In this document: positions 28,934 to 36,942 of the stretch, piece by piece
Layout of the letters: each line of letters starts with the position of its first letter
How positions within the stretch are numbered: the stretch's first letter is position 1
Origin: a virus
Taxonomy: Duplodnaviria; Heunggongvirae; Uroviricota; Caudoviricetes
DNA: 64,000 nucleotides
Virus record (IMG/VR): IMGVR_UViG_2795385714_000007
Strand: one strand, 5' to 3'
The notes under the pieces: model-generated
The model's input: only the letters and a program-made list of their open reading frames with translations
Database searches by the model: none
Told to the model about the DNA's origin: nothing
Program-made: the position numbers and the translations under genes

Positions 28934-29233
28934 CTATCGGATCGTGTTGACGGCGTCGTCGACCATGTCCGCCAGGTCAGGCTCGGGCGGTTCAACGGCG
29001 TCGACATTCACCCAGTCGTGTGGCGCGTAGACGAACCAGCGCGGCGTCCGTGGTGTTGGGTTCGGCGGCATCAGCGGGTTGTCAATCAGCTGCTGCTTCG
29101 TCCCCATGGGGTCGTGCACCAGCAAGGAGCCGTCCTCCAGGACGATCCATTGCGAGCCGACGCCGTACCGGTCGTATATCGGGTTGTCGGTGCGGTAAAC
29201 GGTTATCCCGATGTATGCCTCAGCCATGGCCAC
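28934..29233 (-). CDS. hypothetical protein
   Basis: 99-aa ORF. Confidence 0.45.
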   Translation of the reverse strand: MAMAEAYIGITVYRTDNPIYDRYGVGSQWIVLEDGSLLVHDPMGTKQQLIDNPLMPPNPTPRTPRWFVYAPHDWVNVDAVEPPEPDLADMVDDAVNTIR

Positions 29234-29236
29234 AAA

Positions 29237-29635
29237 CTACCTGCGGCGACGCTGCGCCGTTGTGTGGATGGCCAGCAGCGCGGCAGCCAGCCCTAGCGCG
29301 TCGCGGAGCGGTATGCGTGAGGGGAATCCGGAAAGGGCGAGGCGGCCGGTCTGTTCAATGAATACCTCGCCGTCTGCGCATGGCTGCTCGCTCAACGGCA
29401 CCCTGACCGACCAGCCTCCGTACCCATCCGGGTCGATGTTGGGCAGCTGGACCAGCACGTAGCCTTCAGCGGCTAGGAGCGCTGGCAGTACCGAGGCAAT
29501 GCGGTCCGCTACCTCATCAGTCGAGCGGACGTGTACGTGGGCCGCGGGGTCGACGATGAAGTTCGGCGTGACGGTGCGGCCCAGTAGGTCTGGGATGCCT
29601 GCAATGAGCCGGGTCAACACCGCGCGGGCGGACAT
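29237..29635 (-). CDS. hypothetical protein
   Basis: Inner ATG MSARAVLTRL (alternative GTG at 29662). Confidence 0.4.
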   Translation of the reverse strand: MSARAVLTRLIAGIPDLLGRTVTPNFIVDPAAHVHVRSTDEVADRIASVLPALLAAEGYVLVQLPNIDPDGYGGWSVRVPLSEQPCADGEVFIEQTGRLALSGFPSRIPLRDALGLAAALLAIHTTAQRRRR

Positions 29636-29663
29636 GGCCCCGTTGTACTCGGGGCCACCGACA

Positions 29664-29972
29664 TCACAACCAGCCGATGCAGATGCCGCAGTCCACGCAC
29701 TCCCAGGCCGATGGCACCGCAATCAGGTCGCGGCGCATGCGGGTTTGGTGGCCATGCAGGCGATGCCACCACTGGAAACGGCGCACACCAAGCGCCGGTT
29801 GCTGGGTACGTACCGCGCGGATGGCTGCGGCGGCGACCTTGTCCATGTCCAGCTCGATGCTGTTCATGTCGATGATCGAGTGGACGCGGTCGACGTGCCC
29901 GAATCGTGCGGCCTGGCGCTCCAGCTCGTTCCAAATAGCGTCGCGCACCCTGGACACGTGCGCGTCAGCCAT
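29664..29972 (-). CDS. hypothetical protein (C-terminal CxxC pair)
   Basis: 102-aa ORF. Confidence 0.45.
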   Translation of the reverse strand: MADAHVSRVRDAIWNELERQAARFGHVDRVHSIIDMNSIELDMDKVAAAAIRAVRTQQPALGVRRFQWWHRLHGHQTRMRRDLIAVPSAWECVDCGICIGWL

Positions 29973-30306
29973 CGGACCTGTCCGCCTCGGGGTCGGGGGT
30001 GGCGTGCTGCGTGAACACCGGTGCGGTCGCGGCGTTGACGACGCACAGGGAGCCCAGCTCCGGTAGGTAGATGACCACGTTGCCGCTGGGTAGCTGGACT
30101 GGTAAGCCGGGGGCTAGAACGCGCACGGGGATGGAACCGAGGGCGATGTAGGACGTCACGGTCGTCGGCAGACCGGGGCTGGTGGCCTCGATAGCCTCCA
30201 GCTGCCGCCGGGTGATGTAGAGGGTGCCTTCGATGTACTGCGGGTGCTCGATCTGCGCTAACGGTGTGCAGTCGATCAGTGCTTGGATGTCCCGAGTCGT
30301 TGTCAT
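29965..30306 (-). CDS. hypothetical protein
   Basis: Inner ATG MTTTRDIQ at ATGA overlap. Confidence 0.45.
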   Translation of the reverse strand: MTTTRDIQALIDCTPLAQIEHPQYIEGTLYITRRQLEAIEATSPGLPTTVTSYIALGSIPVRVLAPGLPVQLPSGNVVIYLPELGSLCVVNAATAPVFTQHATPDPEADRSDG

Positions 30307-30665
30307 GTGGTCGGCGCTTTCCGCTCGATCACCAGCGCGAAGTCGGCGGTGCCGGTCGCCCATTTGTAGGTCGGGCAGGGCCAGGAGTAGCAGCAATGTT
30401 TCGCCTTGCACGTGAACCTGGGTTGATGGTCGCCGAACAGCGAGATGGTCTTGTCGAAGCCGGGGAGGCTGTCCTCGGATGTGGCGTCGATCTGGGGAAG
30501 GTGCTCCAGAGCTAGGTTGACGATGCGGTGGTGCTCATCCTCGTAGCGCTGCTCCCACTCATCACGCTCTGTGCGCAGGCCGGTGATGGTGGCGCGGTAT
30601 CGCGCCAGCAGGCGGCGTAGCCCGTTCTTGGTGAGGGGTGGTTTCCAGTCGGCGTCTACGACCAT
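30303..30665 (-). CDS. hypothetical protein
   Basis: 120-aa ORF. Confidence 0.45.
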   Translation of the reverse strand: MVVDADWKPPLTKNGLRRLLARYRATITGLRTERDEWEQRYEDEHHRIVNLALEHLPQIDATSEDSLPGFDKTISLFGDHQPRFTCKAKHCCYSWPCPTYKWATGTADFALVIERKAPTT

Positions 30666-31102
30666 GGGTTGTCATACCTCCAGTTGTGCATGTCTTCGCC
30701 GGGGTGGTCGTGGTCACCCCGGCGGGTTATCTGCTGCCAGTCCAGCGGGATACGAAGCAGGGGCGGTCGCGCCATCAGAAGGTCGAGCGCCTTCAAACGT
30801 TGTGGCACAACACGTGTCGGTGGATACAACTCAATGTTGTCTGGGTCGGTCAGCACCACGTTGTAGGCGGACGGCCAGACATCTTGTGTGTAGCCGTCGC
30901 GCAGCTCGATAGTGAGGTAGAAGCCCCTACTAAAGCCCCTGCTGTCGAAGTCGACGTGTTGCACCACGTTGACCAAGCCGCGGTCCTCCGCAGTCCTGCT
31001 GCTACGGATATTGGGACCGAGGCGCCACCAGCAGTCGGCCGGGCCTGGCAGTCGACGCGGGATCACCGACTGCGGCGCGGGGGCGGGCAGGTTGTCGGTC
31101 AC
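30656..31102 (-). CDS. hypothetical protein
   Basis: GTG start at GTGA overlap with upstream stop. Confidence 0.4.
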   Translation of the reverse strand: MTDNLPAPAPQSVIPRRLPGPADCWWRLGPNIRSSRTAEDRGLVNVVQHVDFDSRGFSRGFYLTIELRDGYTQDVWPSAYNVVLTDPDNIELYPPTRVVPQRLKALDLLMARPPLLRIPLDWQQITRRGDHDHPGEDMHNWRYDNPWS

Positions 31103-31773
31103 GGATGCCCCAGCCCTGCGAAACGTAGGCGCAGTTGAACGGCGCCGCCTTTGATGCGGAACCATGCGACAACCCCGTAGGTGGAGTGGGTGAACAACTC
31201 CACGTAGCTGTCCGCCAGGTTCGGAATCGAGGTATGGAGCAGGCGGACGCCAGGACGCGCACCGTACACGGCTTCGTACGGGACGATGTGCCTCAGATAT
31301 TGGTCGCCGAACCGTATCCGAAGCCAGAGCATGTCTGTTGCATGGGCGTAGGACGACTCACACCTGATGTCGACTGTCCGGTGGTGGCTCGGAAGTAGCC
31401 GGTATTCCTCGGGCGTCTCAACTGCTCGGAACTCGGTGGGCACCGGTTCAGCGATGACCAGAATGAACTCTGATAGGAGCGGTTGGTCGTCGCTGGGAAT
31501 GATGGGGTACGAGTGACGCTGCTCAGTCCAGGGCCGCGGCGTGGCAGGAATGGTCAGCTGGGCAAGGAGAGGCGCTGGTAGTTGCTCCGGGTCACTTCCC
31601 CGGATGCCGGTCGCGCCAGGGCAGGTGCCGCGCACGAGGCCGTGCCAGGGGCCGCCACACTGCGGGCAGGTGTCCTGGTTGATGTTGTGGTCGTAGCCCG
31701 ACCGTTCCTGCTCCAGCTGCTCGTCGACGAGCGCGGCTATCGCGTCGACGACATCGGCCTCCGGGTTCTTCAC
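31099..31773 (-). CDS. hypothetical protein with zinc-finger motif
   Basis: GTG start at GTGA overlap; CPQCGGPWHG...C. Confidence 0.45.
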   Translation of the reverse strand: MKNPEADVVDAIAALVDEQLEQERSGYDHNINQDTCPQCGGPWHGLVRGTCPGATGIRGSDPEQLPAPLLAQLTIPATPRPWTEQRHSYPIIPSDDQPLLSEFILVIAEPVPTEFRAVETPEEYRLLPSHHRTVDIRCESSYAHATDMLWLRIRFGDQYLRHIVPYEAVYGARPGVRLLHTSIPNLADSYVELFTHSTYGVVAWFRIKGGAVQLRLRFAGLGHP

Positions 31774-32075
31774 CGGTGCGCTGCCTCCCAGGCGCGCAGC
31801 CGCGCCCACGCGGTCATCGAGTGGAGGTCGTGCGGGAAGTTGGGCTCGCCGTCGAAGATGTGCAGCGCGGTATAGCCGGGTGCGAAGTGGGTGAGGCCGG
31901 TCTGGCTGGACACACCGCTGCCGTAGGCGTCTCCCTCGATCTCCCACTCAACGACCGGGCCGCCGTCGGGCGCGACGATCACGATGCGCTCCGTGACCGT
32001 GGTGTCGGCGATGCGGTGGGCCAGCTGCATCAGCCGCCACGCCAGCCACCGACGGAGGCCCAACTCCCGGATCAT
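31770..32075 (-). CDS. hypothetical protein
   Basis: 101-aa ORF. Confidence 0.45.
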   Translation of the reverse strand: MIRELGLRRWLAWRLMQLAHRIADTTVTERIVIVAPDGGPVVEWEIEGDAYGSGVSSQTGLTHFAPGYTALHIFDGEPNFPHDLHSMTAWARLRAWEAAHR

Positions 32076-32506
32076 TGGCCGTCCCTGATGAATCTGGCCA
32101 GCTTGGCGGCGTGGGCCGCTATGGCGTCGAGGGCGTCCGGAGTTTCCGGCGCCGCCGCGTCGTCGATGCTGTCGACCGCCTTCTTGAGGAGTTTGACTCC
32201 GCCCCGCACCTTCGACCGATAGATGGCTGTCGCGGCGCGGCGGTCGTCGGCCCTGTACATCCTGTGCGTGGTGCCGTCCCAGGTGCCGTAGCCGGATGAG
32301 CGGTAGTACTCGTCATCCCTTGGGATGTAGTCGTTGCGGCGGAACCGCATCAGCTCTGACCCGCCCGCTCCGACAACGACGATGTCGCGGGCCAGGATGC
32401 GGGTGACCGTGCCTGCACTGACTATGTCGCCGTGGTATCGGTTGGGTCGCACCTGCACTACGTTGGCGCCGACATGCATCCAGCACGGCAGCTCGTCAGC
32501 GCTCAT
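32072..32506 (-). CDS. hypothetical protein
   Basis: 144-aa ORF. Confidence 0.45.
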   Translation of the reverse strand: MSADELPCWMHVGANVVQVRPNRYHGDIVSAGTVTRILARDIVVVGAGGSELMRFRRNDYIPRDDEYYRSSGYGTWDGTTHRMYRADDRRAATAIYRSKVRGGVKLLKKAVDSIDDAAAPETPDALDAIAAHAAKLARFIRDGQ

Positions 32507-32889
32507 GGTGTGACCACCGCGATTACGGGCTTGCCGGGCATCATGTCGGCCAACTCTGTCAACGGGTCTATGTGGGTGTGGGCGTCGGATGGCAGGGGCG
32601 TCACGGCTAGCTCGGTCCCGTAGGTCTCCTCCAGCCTGGCCAGGTACGCCATGTATGCGTCTGCGTCCGGCAGGTCGGGTACGTCAACGTCGGCCAATTG
32701 AGGGTGTTGCTCCAGCAGCGCTGGCTTGCATTCGCCTGCGGCGCGGGGCAATTGGTGGGTGAAGAGGTTGTCGCCGGTCATGTAGTTGAGGAGCGCGTAG
32801 ATGTCGCCGATGTCGGCTACCAGGAACACGTCTGTGGTGACGGTCAGGATGGCGCCGAGGCCGAACATGCGCGGGACGGGCGTGATCAT
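32503..32889 (-). CDS. hypothetical protein (paralogue of 53495..53896)
   Basis: Shares L..MTG..F.HQ.PRA core with the gene at 53.5 kb. Confidence 0.45.
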   Translation of the reverse strand: MITPVPRMFGLGAILTVTTDVFLVADIGDIYALLNYMTGDNLFTHQLPRAAGECKPALLEQHPQLADVDVPDLPDADAYMAYLARLEETYGTELAVTPLPSDAHTHIDPLTELADMMPGKPVIAVVTP

Positions 32890-32895
32890 GGTCGT

Positions 32896-33225
32896 CTAGT
32901 CCTCTCCGGCAGTGTTGGGAGCCTTGATGTTTGGCCAGTAGATGACGGTGCGGCGGCCCATGCTGTCGGTGTAGGTGGGAAGCGACCAAATACGGTCTAC
33001 GAGATCTGCGACGTCATCGTCAGTGTCTGCCAGGACGTAGGCCAGTTCGGCGGTGACCGCGGGAGTGAGGGCGGAGTCGTCGAGTACGACGGCCAGGCAT
33101 TCCTTGCCGTACATGCCTCGCCCGCTGTAGTCCGTTCGTACAGTGGGCAATTCGCCGTCGCCCGCGTAGTTGTTGAGGCTGTCCTCAAAGGAGGTCAGCT
33201 GCTGGGCGGTCAGGGTCTCATTCAT
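32896..33225 (-). CDS. hypothetical acidic protein
   Basis: 109-aa ORF; 16-bp palindrome 10 nt upstream of its ATG. Confidence 0.45.
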   Translation of the reverse strand: MNETLTAQQLTSFEDSLNNYAGDGELPTVRTDYSGRGMYGKECLAVVLDDSALTPAVTAELAYVLADTDDDVADLVDRIWSLPTYTDSMGRRTVIYWPNIKAPNTAGED

Positions 33226-33235
33226 GATATAGACT

Positions 33236-33251
33236 GTATAGTGCGCTATAC
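33236..33251. promoter_or_regulatory. 16-bp palindromic operator GTATAGTGCGCTATAC
   Basis: Perfect inverted repeat; identical copy at 36917..36932; both lie 10 nt upstream of a start codon. Confidence 0.5.
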
Positions 33252-33264
33252 GGTGTGTCGAGGG

Positions 33265-33378
33265 TTAGTCGGCGCGGATAACCGCGACGATCACGGCGGT
33301 CACGCAGAGCACCGCGACGACAAGGACGACCGCGGCGGGCCATCCGTTCAGGCTCTGGAGTGGGGTGTTGAAATCCAT
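33265..33378 (-). CDS. small single-TM membrane peptide (37 aa)
   Basis: Inner ATG MDFNTPLQSLNGWPAAVVLVVAVLCVTAVIVAV. Confidence 0.3.
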   Translation of the reverse strand: MDFNTPLQSLNGWPAAVVLVVAVLCVTAVIVAVIRAD

Positions 33379-33395
33379 TGCGGCGTCTGCCTTCC

Positions 33396-33626
33396 TCACC
33401 TGGTTACGTGCTGGGCTGTTGGGGTGCGGCCGTCGAGAATCTTCTGGATCAGTCCCGGGCTGCACGTCACCGCCGCGGCCAGCGTGGCGTAGGTCCACTT
33501 CTCTCGTTCGGTGGTCCACAGTTCACGAACTAGCCGGTCTCGTTCGTACCGGTGTTGTTCGCCGACGCGGGAGGCATCACGCTGCAACCGGTGATGCTCC
33601 CGCGCCTGCTGTGCCCTCGGGTCCAC
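33396..33626 (-). CDS. helix-turn-helix DNA-binding protein
   Basis: 76 aa; TYATLAAAVTCSPGLIQKI resembles an HTH; sits between Ro60 gene and operator palindrome. Confidence 0.55.
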   Translation of the reverse strand: MDPRAQQAREHHRLQRDASRVGEQHRYERDRLVRELWTTEREKWTYATLAAAVTCSPGLIQKILDGRTPTAQHVTR

Positions 33627-33632
33627 GCCTTC

Positions 33633-35348
33633 CTACAGTCCGGCCGAGAAGTCCGAGATCAGCTGCGGGACAGCCGAGTCGAAACCGGACACGTCCAGCT
33701 GGCCGGGGTCGGCGGGGTCGGCGATGGTGAAGCGGGTTGCCGTCATGCCGACAACGATCAGGCGGGCGTTGATGCCCGTCTTGTTGCGGTAGTCGCGGAG
33801 CGCCTGGTGTGGGTGGACGTCGCCGAACCAGGTTTCGTTGTCGGTGATGACCACGAACGTGTCGAACTCGCGCTTGGACTGCTGTGCCCACAGCATGGGG
33901 AGTGCGCAGTCGGTGGCGCCGAAGCTGAGTCCGGCGGTGTACCGGCACACGTCGTCGAGGCGGCGGCGCGGTGTGATGTCCAGCGGGGTGATGTGGTGCT
34001 GGGACCGGTAGCCGTAGCCCGAGCGCGCGGCCTGTCGTCCGTCGGTGAAGCCGACGACCTCGTGGTCGGGCTCGACGTTGGTGGTGACGAGTGCGAGTGC
34101 GGCTGCGGCCTCGCGGCATGTCAGCGGCATACCTGAGATAACGGCGCCCATGGAGCCGGACACGTCCAGCGCCAGCAGGGTGCGCTTGCCCGACGGCTCT
34201 ACCACGCCGTAGGCGTTGTAGAACGCGGCGTCCAGGGCGTCCACGACCTTGCGTTCCGGCGTCCAGGTGGAGTCGCCGCGCGCCGAATGCCCGGACGCGT
34301 AGGTGCGCTGTGCGATCAGGACGTTGACCGGGTGGACGCGGCCCTTGCGTAGGCGGTCGGCGTCCTGGAGCTGAGCAACGACACGATCCAGATATTCACC
34401 ATGCAGGACCCCATGCCGGGTCAGGCGAGGAAGTTGGCGCATCAATGCGGTCTGCGGCAGACCGTGCTCAATCAGCGCTTCCCACACAGCGGTGAAGTTG
34501 AGCGCGACGTCTGGCAACGCTTCCCAGGGAAGGCCGTTGCCACGTCGAATGATGCTCACCCATTCCTTGGGCTGGGTGGCGCGCTGGGCATCCTCGAAGT
34601 CCTCGATGATCGCCAGGGGGTGGTCAACCACAAGCTCGACGTTAGGCAGCTTGGGCCGGGAGGCATTGCGCTCCCCTGCCTTCAACTGCTCGGCAGTGAG
34701 GGGCTGGACCTTACCGATGTAGTCGTTCAGGCCCTTGCCGACTGCCCAGTTGAAGGCGAGGCGGCGGGCCGGGTCCGCCGTGGTGGGGCCGGACAGGCGT
34801 AGTAGGTCCCGGTGCATCCAGCCTTCGCGCTGTCGGTACTTGACCAGCTGGTAGGCGAGGCGGTCGACGGGCTTGTCGAGGTACCAGCCGCCGACGGCGC
34901 GCTGCATGGCGCGGCCCCACCCGCGGAACTGCTCCATGTACTTGACGAACGTGTAGAGCTGGGTGCCGGTGCGGGCGACCGTGGGCAGGGCTGCTGCTGC
35001 GGCGCGGCGGCCGTCGACGTCCTCTGCTGCGGCGGCGATGGCGAGGGCGAACAGGGCCGGGTTCTGCCGGGGTGCGCGTCCGTCCACAGACACCTCGACG
35101 ATGTGCTGGACGAGGCGGACTGGGTCGGCCGCTGCTGCGCGGAGCACGACGGCCGCTGTTTCCTTGGTGAGGTCGGGGGCGGTGGTGTAGTAGGTGCCGC
35201 CGTCGGTGCCGAGGGTGAGGAAGCGGTGCAGCAGGGCCTCGTCGTCGATGGTGAAGGTGTAGCCACCGGCGGAGTTCTTCACCTGCCGGGGGTCCGCCTG
35301 CTGCGACTGCGGCGTCTTACGGGTTCCGATAGTGGTGAGAACGTCCAC
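33633..35348 (-). CDS. rsr: Ro60-like ribonucleoprotein (TROVE domain + vWA domain), Rsr orthologue
   Basis: 571 aa; N-terminal TROVE/HEAT-like region; C-terminal vWA with MIDAS motif LALDVSGSM; adjacent permuted tRNA-like RNAs. Confidence 0.85.
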   Translation of the reverse strand: MDVLTTIGTRKTPQSQQADPRQVKNSAGGYTFTIDDEALLHRFLTLGTDGGTYYTTAPDLTKETAAVVLRAAAADPVRLVQHIVEVSVDGRAPRQNPALFALAIAAAAEDVDGRRAAAAALPTVARTGTQLYTFVKYMEQFRGWGRAMQRAVGGWYLDKPVDRLAYQLVKYRQREGWMHRDLLRLSGPTTADPARRLAFNWAVGKGLNDYIGKVQPLTAEQLKAGERNASRPKLPNVELVVDHPLAIIEDFEDAQRATQPKEWVSIIRRGNGLPWEALPDVALNFTAVWEALIEHGLPQTALMRQLPRLTRHGVLHGEYLDRVVAQLQDADRLRKGRVHPVNVLIAQRTYASGHSARGDSTWTPERKVVDALDAAFYNAYGVVEPSGKRTLLALDVSGSMGAVISGMPLTCREAAAALALVTTNVEPDHEVVGFTDGRQAARSGYGYRSQHHITPLDITPRRRLDDVCRYTAGLSFGATDCALPMLWAQQSKREFDTFVVITDNETWFGDVHPHQALRDYRNKTGINARLIVVGMTATRFTIADPADPGQLDVSGFDSAVPQLISDFSAGL

Positions 35349-35479
35349 CGTGCATCTCCTTGTTAGAGGGTGCGGGCGGCGCGAACGTGTGAAGGGCGGC
35401 CGGGGTTCGTCATCCTTGCGAGGGGTGGGGTAACCGACTGCGATCCTGCTCGTGCCACCCGCGAGGGCTATTGGGCGGG

Positions 35480-35600
35480 TGATGTGAACGTGTTTGTGCT
35501 GACCGGGATTTCGCTTTTACACCCGCACTGGGTGCGGGCGACAGGGATTGAACCTGCATTAACCAATTGAGTGATAACCGACCGAGCGTCCTGTTCACAT
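35480..35600 (-). ncRNA. YrlA-like Y RNA module 1 (permuted tRNA-like)
   Basis: Minus strand: 9-bp closing stem GATGTGAAC/GTTCACATC; T-arm-like GCAGGTTCAATCCCTG; 7-bp acceptor-like hairpin CCCGCAC-CCA-GTGCGGG capped by a CCA loop. Confidence 0.6.
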
Positions 35601-35619
35601 CGGGTTGTCTGTAGTGCGT

Positions 35620-35775
35620 GCGCGTAGGTGGTGTGGGCGTGTGGGGTGCTGACCGGCGTATGTGGACAATTGCCTCTACCAATTGGGCTACACCCCGCGG
35701 GCGAGGTGGTGGGGCTCGAACCCACACCTGACTGTTTTGGTAACCGACCTGCGTCCTGTCCACACCGCCTGCGCG
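35620..35775 (-). ncRNA. YrlA-like Y RNA module 2
   Basis: T-arm GTGGGTTCGAGCCCCAC then D-arm-like GCCCAATTGGTAGAGGC; flanked by conserved GGTCGGTTACC / CCGGTCAGCAC arms. Confidence 0.55.
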
Positions 35776-35799
35776 CGTGCGTCTGCTGGCGTTTGAGGC

Positions 35800-35940
35800 G
35801 GTGTGAGCGTGTGGGTGTCTGCCGGGGTTAAGCGCTCTAGGCCACTGAGCTACAACCACTTTCGTGGTCGACGGGATTCGAACCCGCGTCTCTCTCGTGA
35901 AAGGAGTTAACCGACTGACGTCCTGTTCACACCGTGCTGC
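35800..35940 (-). ncRNA. YrlA-like Y RNA module 3
   Basis: T-arm CGGGTTCGAATCCCG; acceptor stem CGACCAC-GAAA-GTGGTTG; canonical D-arm TAGCTCAGTGGCCTAGAGCGC; T-arm/3' acceptor strand precedes 5' acceptor/D-arm. Confidence 0.65.
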
Positions 35941-35964
35941 GTCTATGGAGTTGTGTCAGGGGGC

Positions 35965-36115
35965 CGCGACCGTGTGTGTGCCGACCGGTGTTTTAGGCGC
36001 TCTGCCAGGCTGAGCTACCCCGGACATGTGATGCCGGGGGCAGGATTTGAACCTGCGACCTCCCGCTCCGAATGCGATAACCGACCATGCGTCCTGGTCG
36101 CACCCTGATGCGTAT
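35965..36115 (-). ncRNA. YrlA-like Y RNA module 4
   Basis: T-arm GCAGGTTCAAATCCTGC; hairpin CCCCGG-(10 nt)-CCGGGG; D-arm TAGCTCAGCCTGGCAGAGCGCC. Confidence 0.6.
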
Positions 36116-36139
36116 ATGGAGTTGTGTTGGGTGATGGGG

Positions 36140-36280
36140 CGAACGTGTGTGTGCTGACCGGGGTTTAGCGCTCTGCCAACTGAGCTACAGCCGGGGGCTG
36201 GCTGGCGGGACTCGAACCCGCGACCTCTCCATTACAAGTGGTAACCGACCTGCGTCCTGCTCGCACCATCTGGTGTCTAT
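36140..36280 (-). ncRNA. YrlA-like Y RNA module 5
   Basis: T-arm CGGGTTCGAGTCCCG; D-arm TAGCTCAGTTGGCAGAGCGC; same conserved flanking arms. Confidence 0.6.
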
Positions 36281-36298
36281 GTAGTTGTGGTCTGGGGG

Positions 36299-36418
36299 AC
36301 GACGTGAACGTGGTTGGCGCTGGGCGGGTTTGGCTCCATTTCCCCGCTTGGCTCGGGGCGTTCTAACTTGAACTACGGGGGCGTACCCCGAGATAACCGA
36401 CCTGCATTCTGTTCACGT
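36299..36418 (-). ncRNA. divergent Y RNA-like module 6
   Basis: Same 9-bp closing stem (GACGTGAAC/GTTCACGTC) and GGTCGGTTATC arm, but the internal domain is two GC hairpins rather than a tRNA-like T/D pair. Confidence 0.4.
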
Positions 36419-36446
36419 CGTCCGTTGTTTTGTTGTCTGAAAACGA

Positions 36447-36464
36447 AGCTATACCGCGGTATAG
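36447..36464. promoter_or_regulatory. 18-bp palindrome GCTATACCGCGGTATAGC
   Basis: Perfect inverted repeat using the same TATAG/CTATA half-sites in swapped order; lies just upstream (on the minus strand) of the Y RNA array. Confidence 0.4.
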
Positions 36465-36519
36465 CGGTGCTGCAACAGGATTGAGGCTTGTCTGTATAGC
36501 CGCTCGGTAGCCGCGACCA

Positions 36520-36858
36520 TCACCGTCCGGCGCCAGCTCCTCCGCTCGCCGAGGAACCACCGCTACTAGCAGACCCGCTACCAGCGCTGTTACCTCCAGT
36601 TTCGCCCGCGCCAGGACCTGCCGGAGCTGTAGATGAACGGTGCTGGCCCTCAGGGCATTCCGGGTCCTCCGGGGGTTTGTATCCGCCGCCACCCGCTGGC
36701 GTGAAGGGTGCCGGTCGGGCGCCCAGGCAGGTCTTAGCGTCTGTCGCGGCATACAGGCAACGGTCGGGGAACGCGGAGGCGGTCGCAGTTGGGAGCACCG
36801 TTAGGGCCGCGATGGCGGCACCGATGACGGCAATACGTTTTACATAAAGGTTTTTCAT
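36520..36858 (-). CDS. secreted protein with Gly/Ser-rich C-terminus
   Basis: Inner ATG MKNLYVKRIAVIGAAIAALTVLPTATASA = signal peptide with AXA site; N-terminal codons unusually AT-rich for this genome; GTATAG-N4-GTATAC motif 8 nt upstream. Confidence 0.5.
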   Translation of the reverse strand: MKNLYVKRIAVIGAAIAALTVLPTATASAFPDRCLYAATDAKTCLGARPAPFTPAGGGGYKPPEDPECPEGQHRSSTAPAGPGAGETGGNSAGSGSASSGGSSASGGAGAGR

Positions 36859-36868
36859 GACTCGGAAC

Positions 36869-36887
36869 GTATACAGAACTATACATA
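36869..36887. promoter_or_regulatory. operator-like repeat GTATACAGAACTATACA in divergent promoter region
   Basis: Between minus-strand gene start 36858 and plus-strand gene start 36943. Confidence 0.4.
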
Positions 36888-36916
36888 GAAGCAAGGTCGT
36901 TAAGGCTTGTCCTTTC

Positions 36917-36932
36917 GTATAGTGCGCTATAC
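36917..36932. promoter_or_regulatory. 16-bp palindromic operator GTATAGTGCGCTATAC (second copy)
   Basis: Identical to the site at 33236..33251; 10 nt upstream of ATG 36943; no SD, so leaderless promoter/operator likely. Confidence 0.5.
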
Positions 36933-36942
36933 ATTCTGAGTC

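Noticed and set aside
35400-36420. Canonical tRNA genes suggested by strong GGTTCGAATCC T-arm and GCTCAGTGG..AGAGC D-arm matches
   Set aside because: On the coding (minus) strand the T-arm and 3' acceptor strand come before the 5' acceptor strand and D-arm, joined by a short loop. There is no anticodon arm between the D- and T-arms (they are more than 100 nt apart in tRNA order). These are permuted tRNA mimics (Y RNA-like), not tRNAs.
35400-36420. CRISPR array (repeated about 25-nt motifs at regular intervals)
   Set aside because: The repeat units are about 150 nt and structured, the conserved motifs are degenerate, and there are no short identical direct repeats separated by unique spacers and no cas genes.
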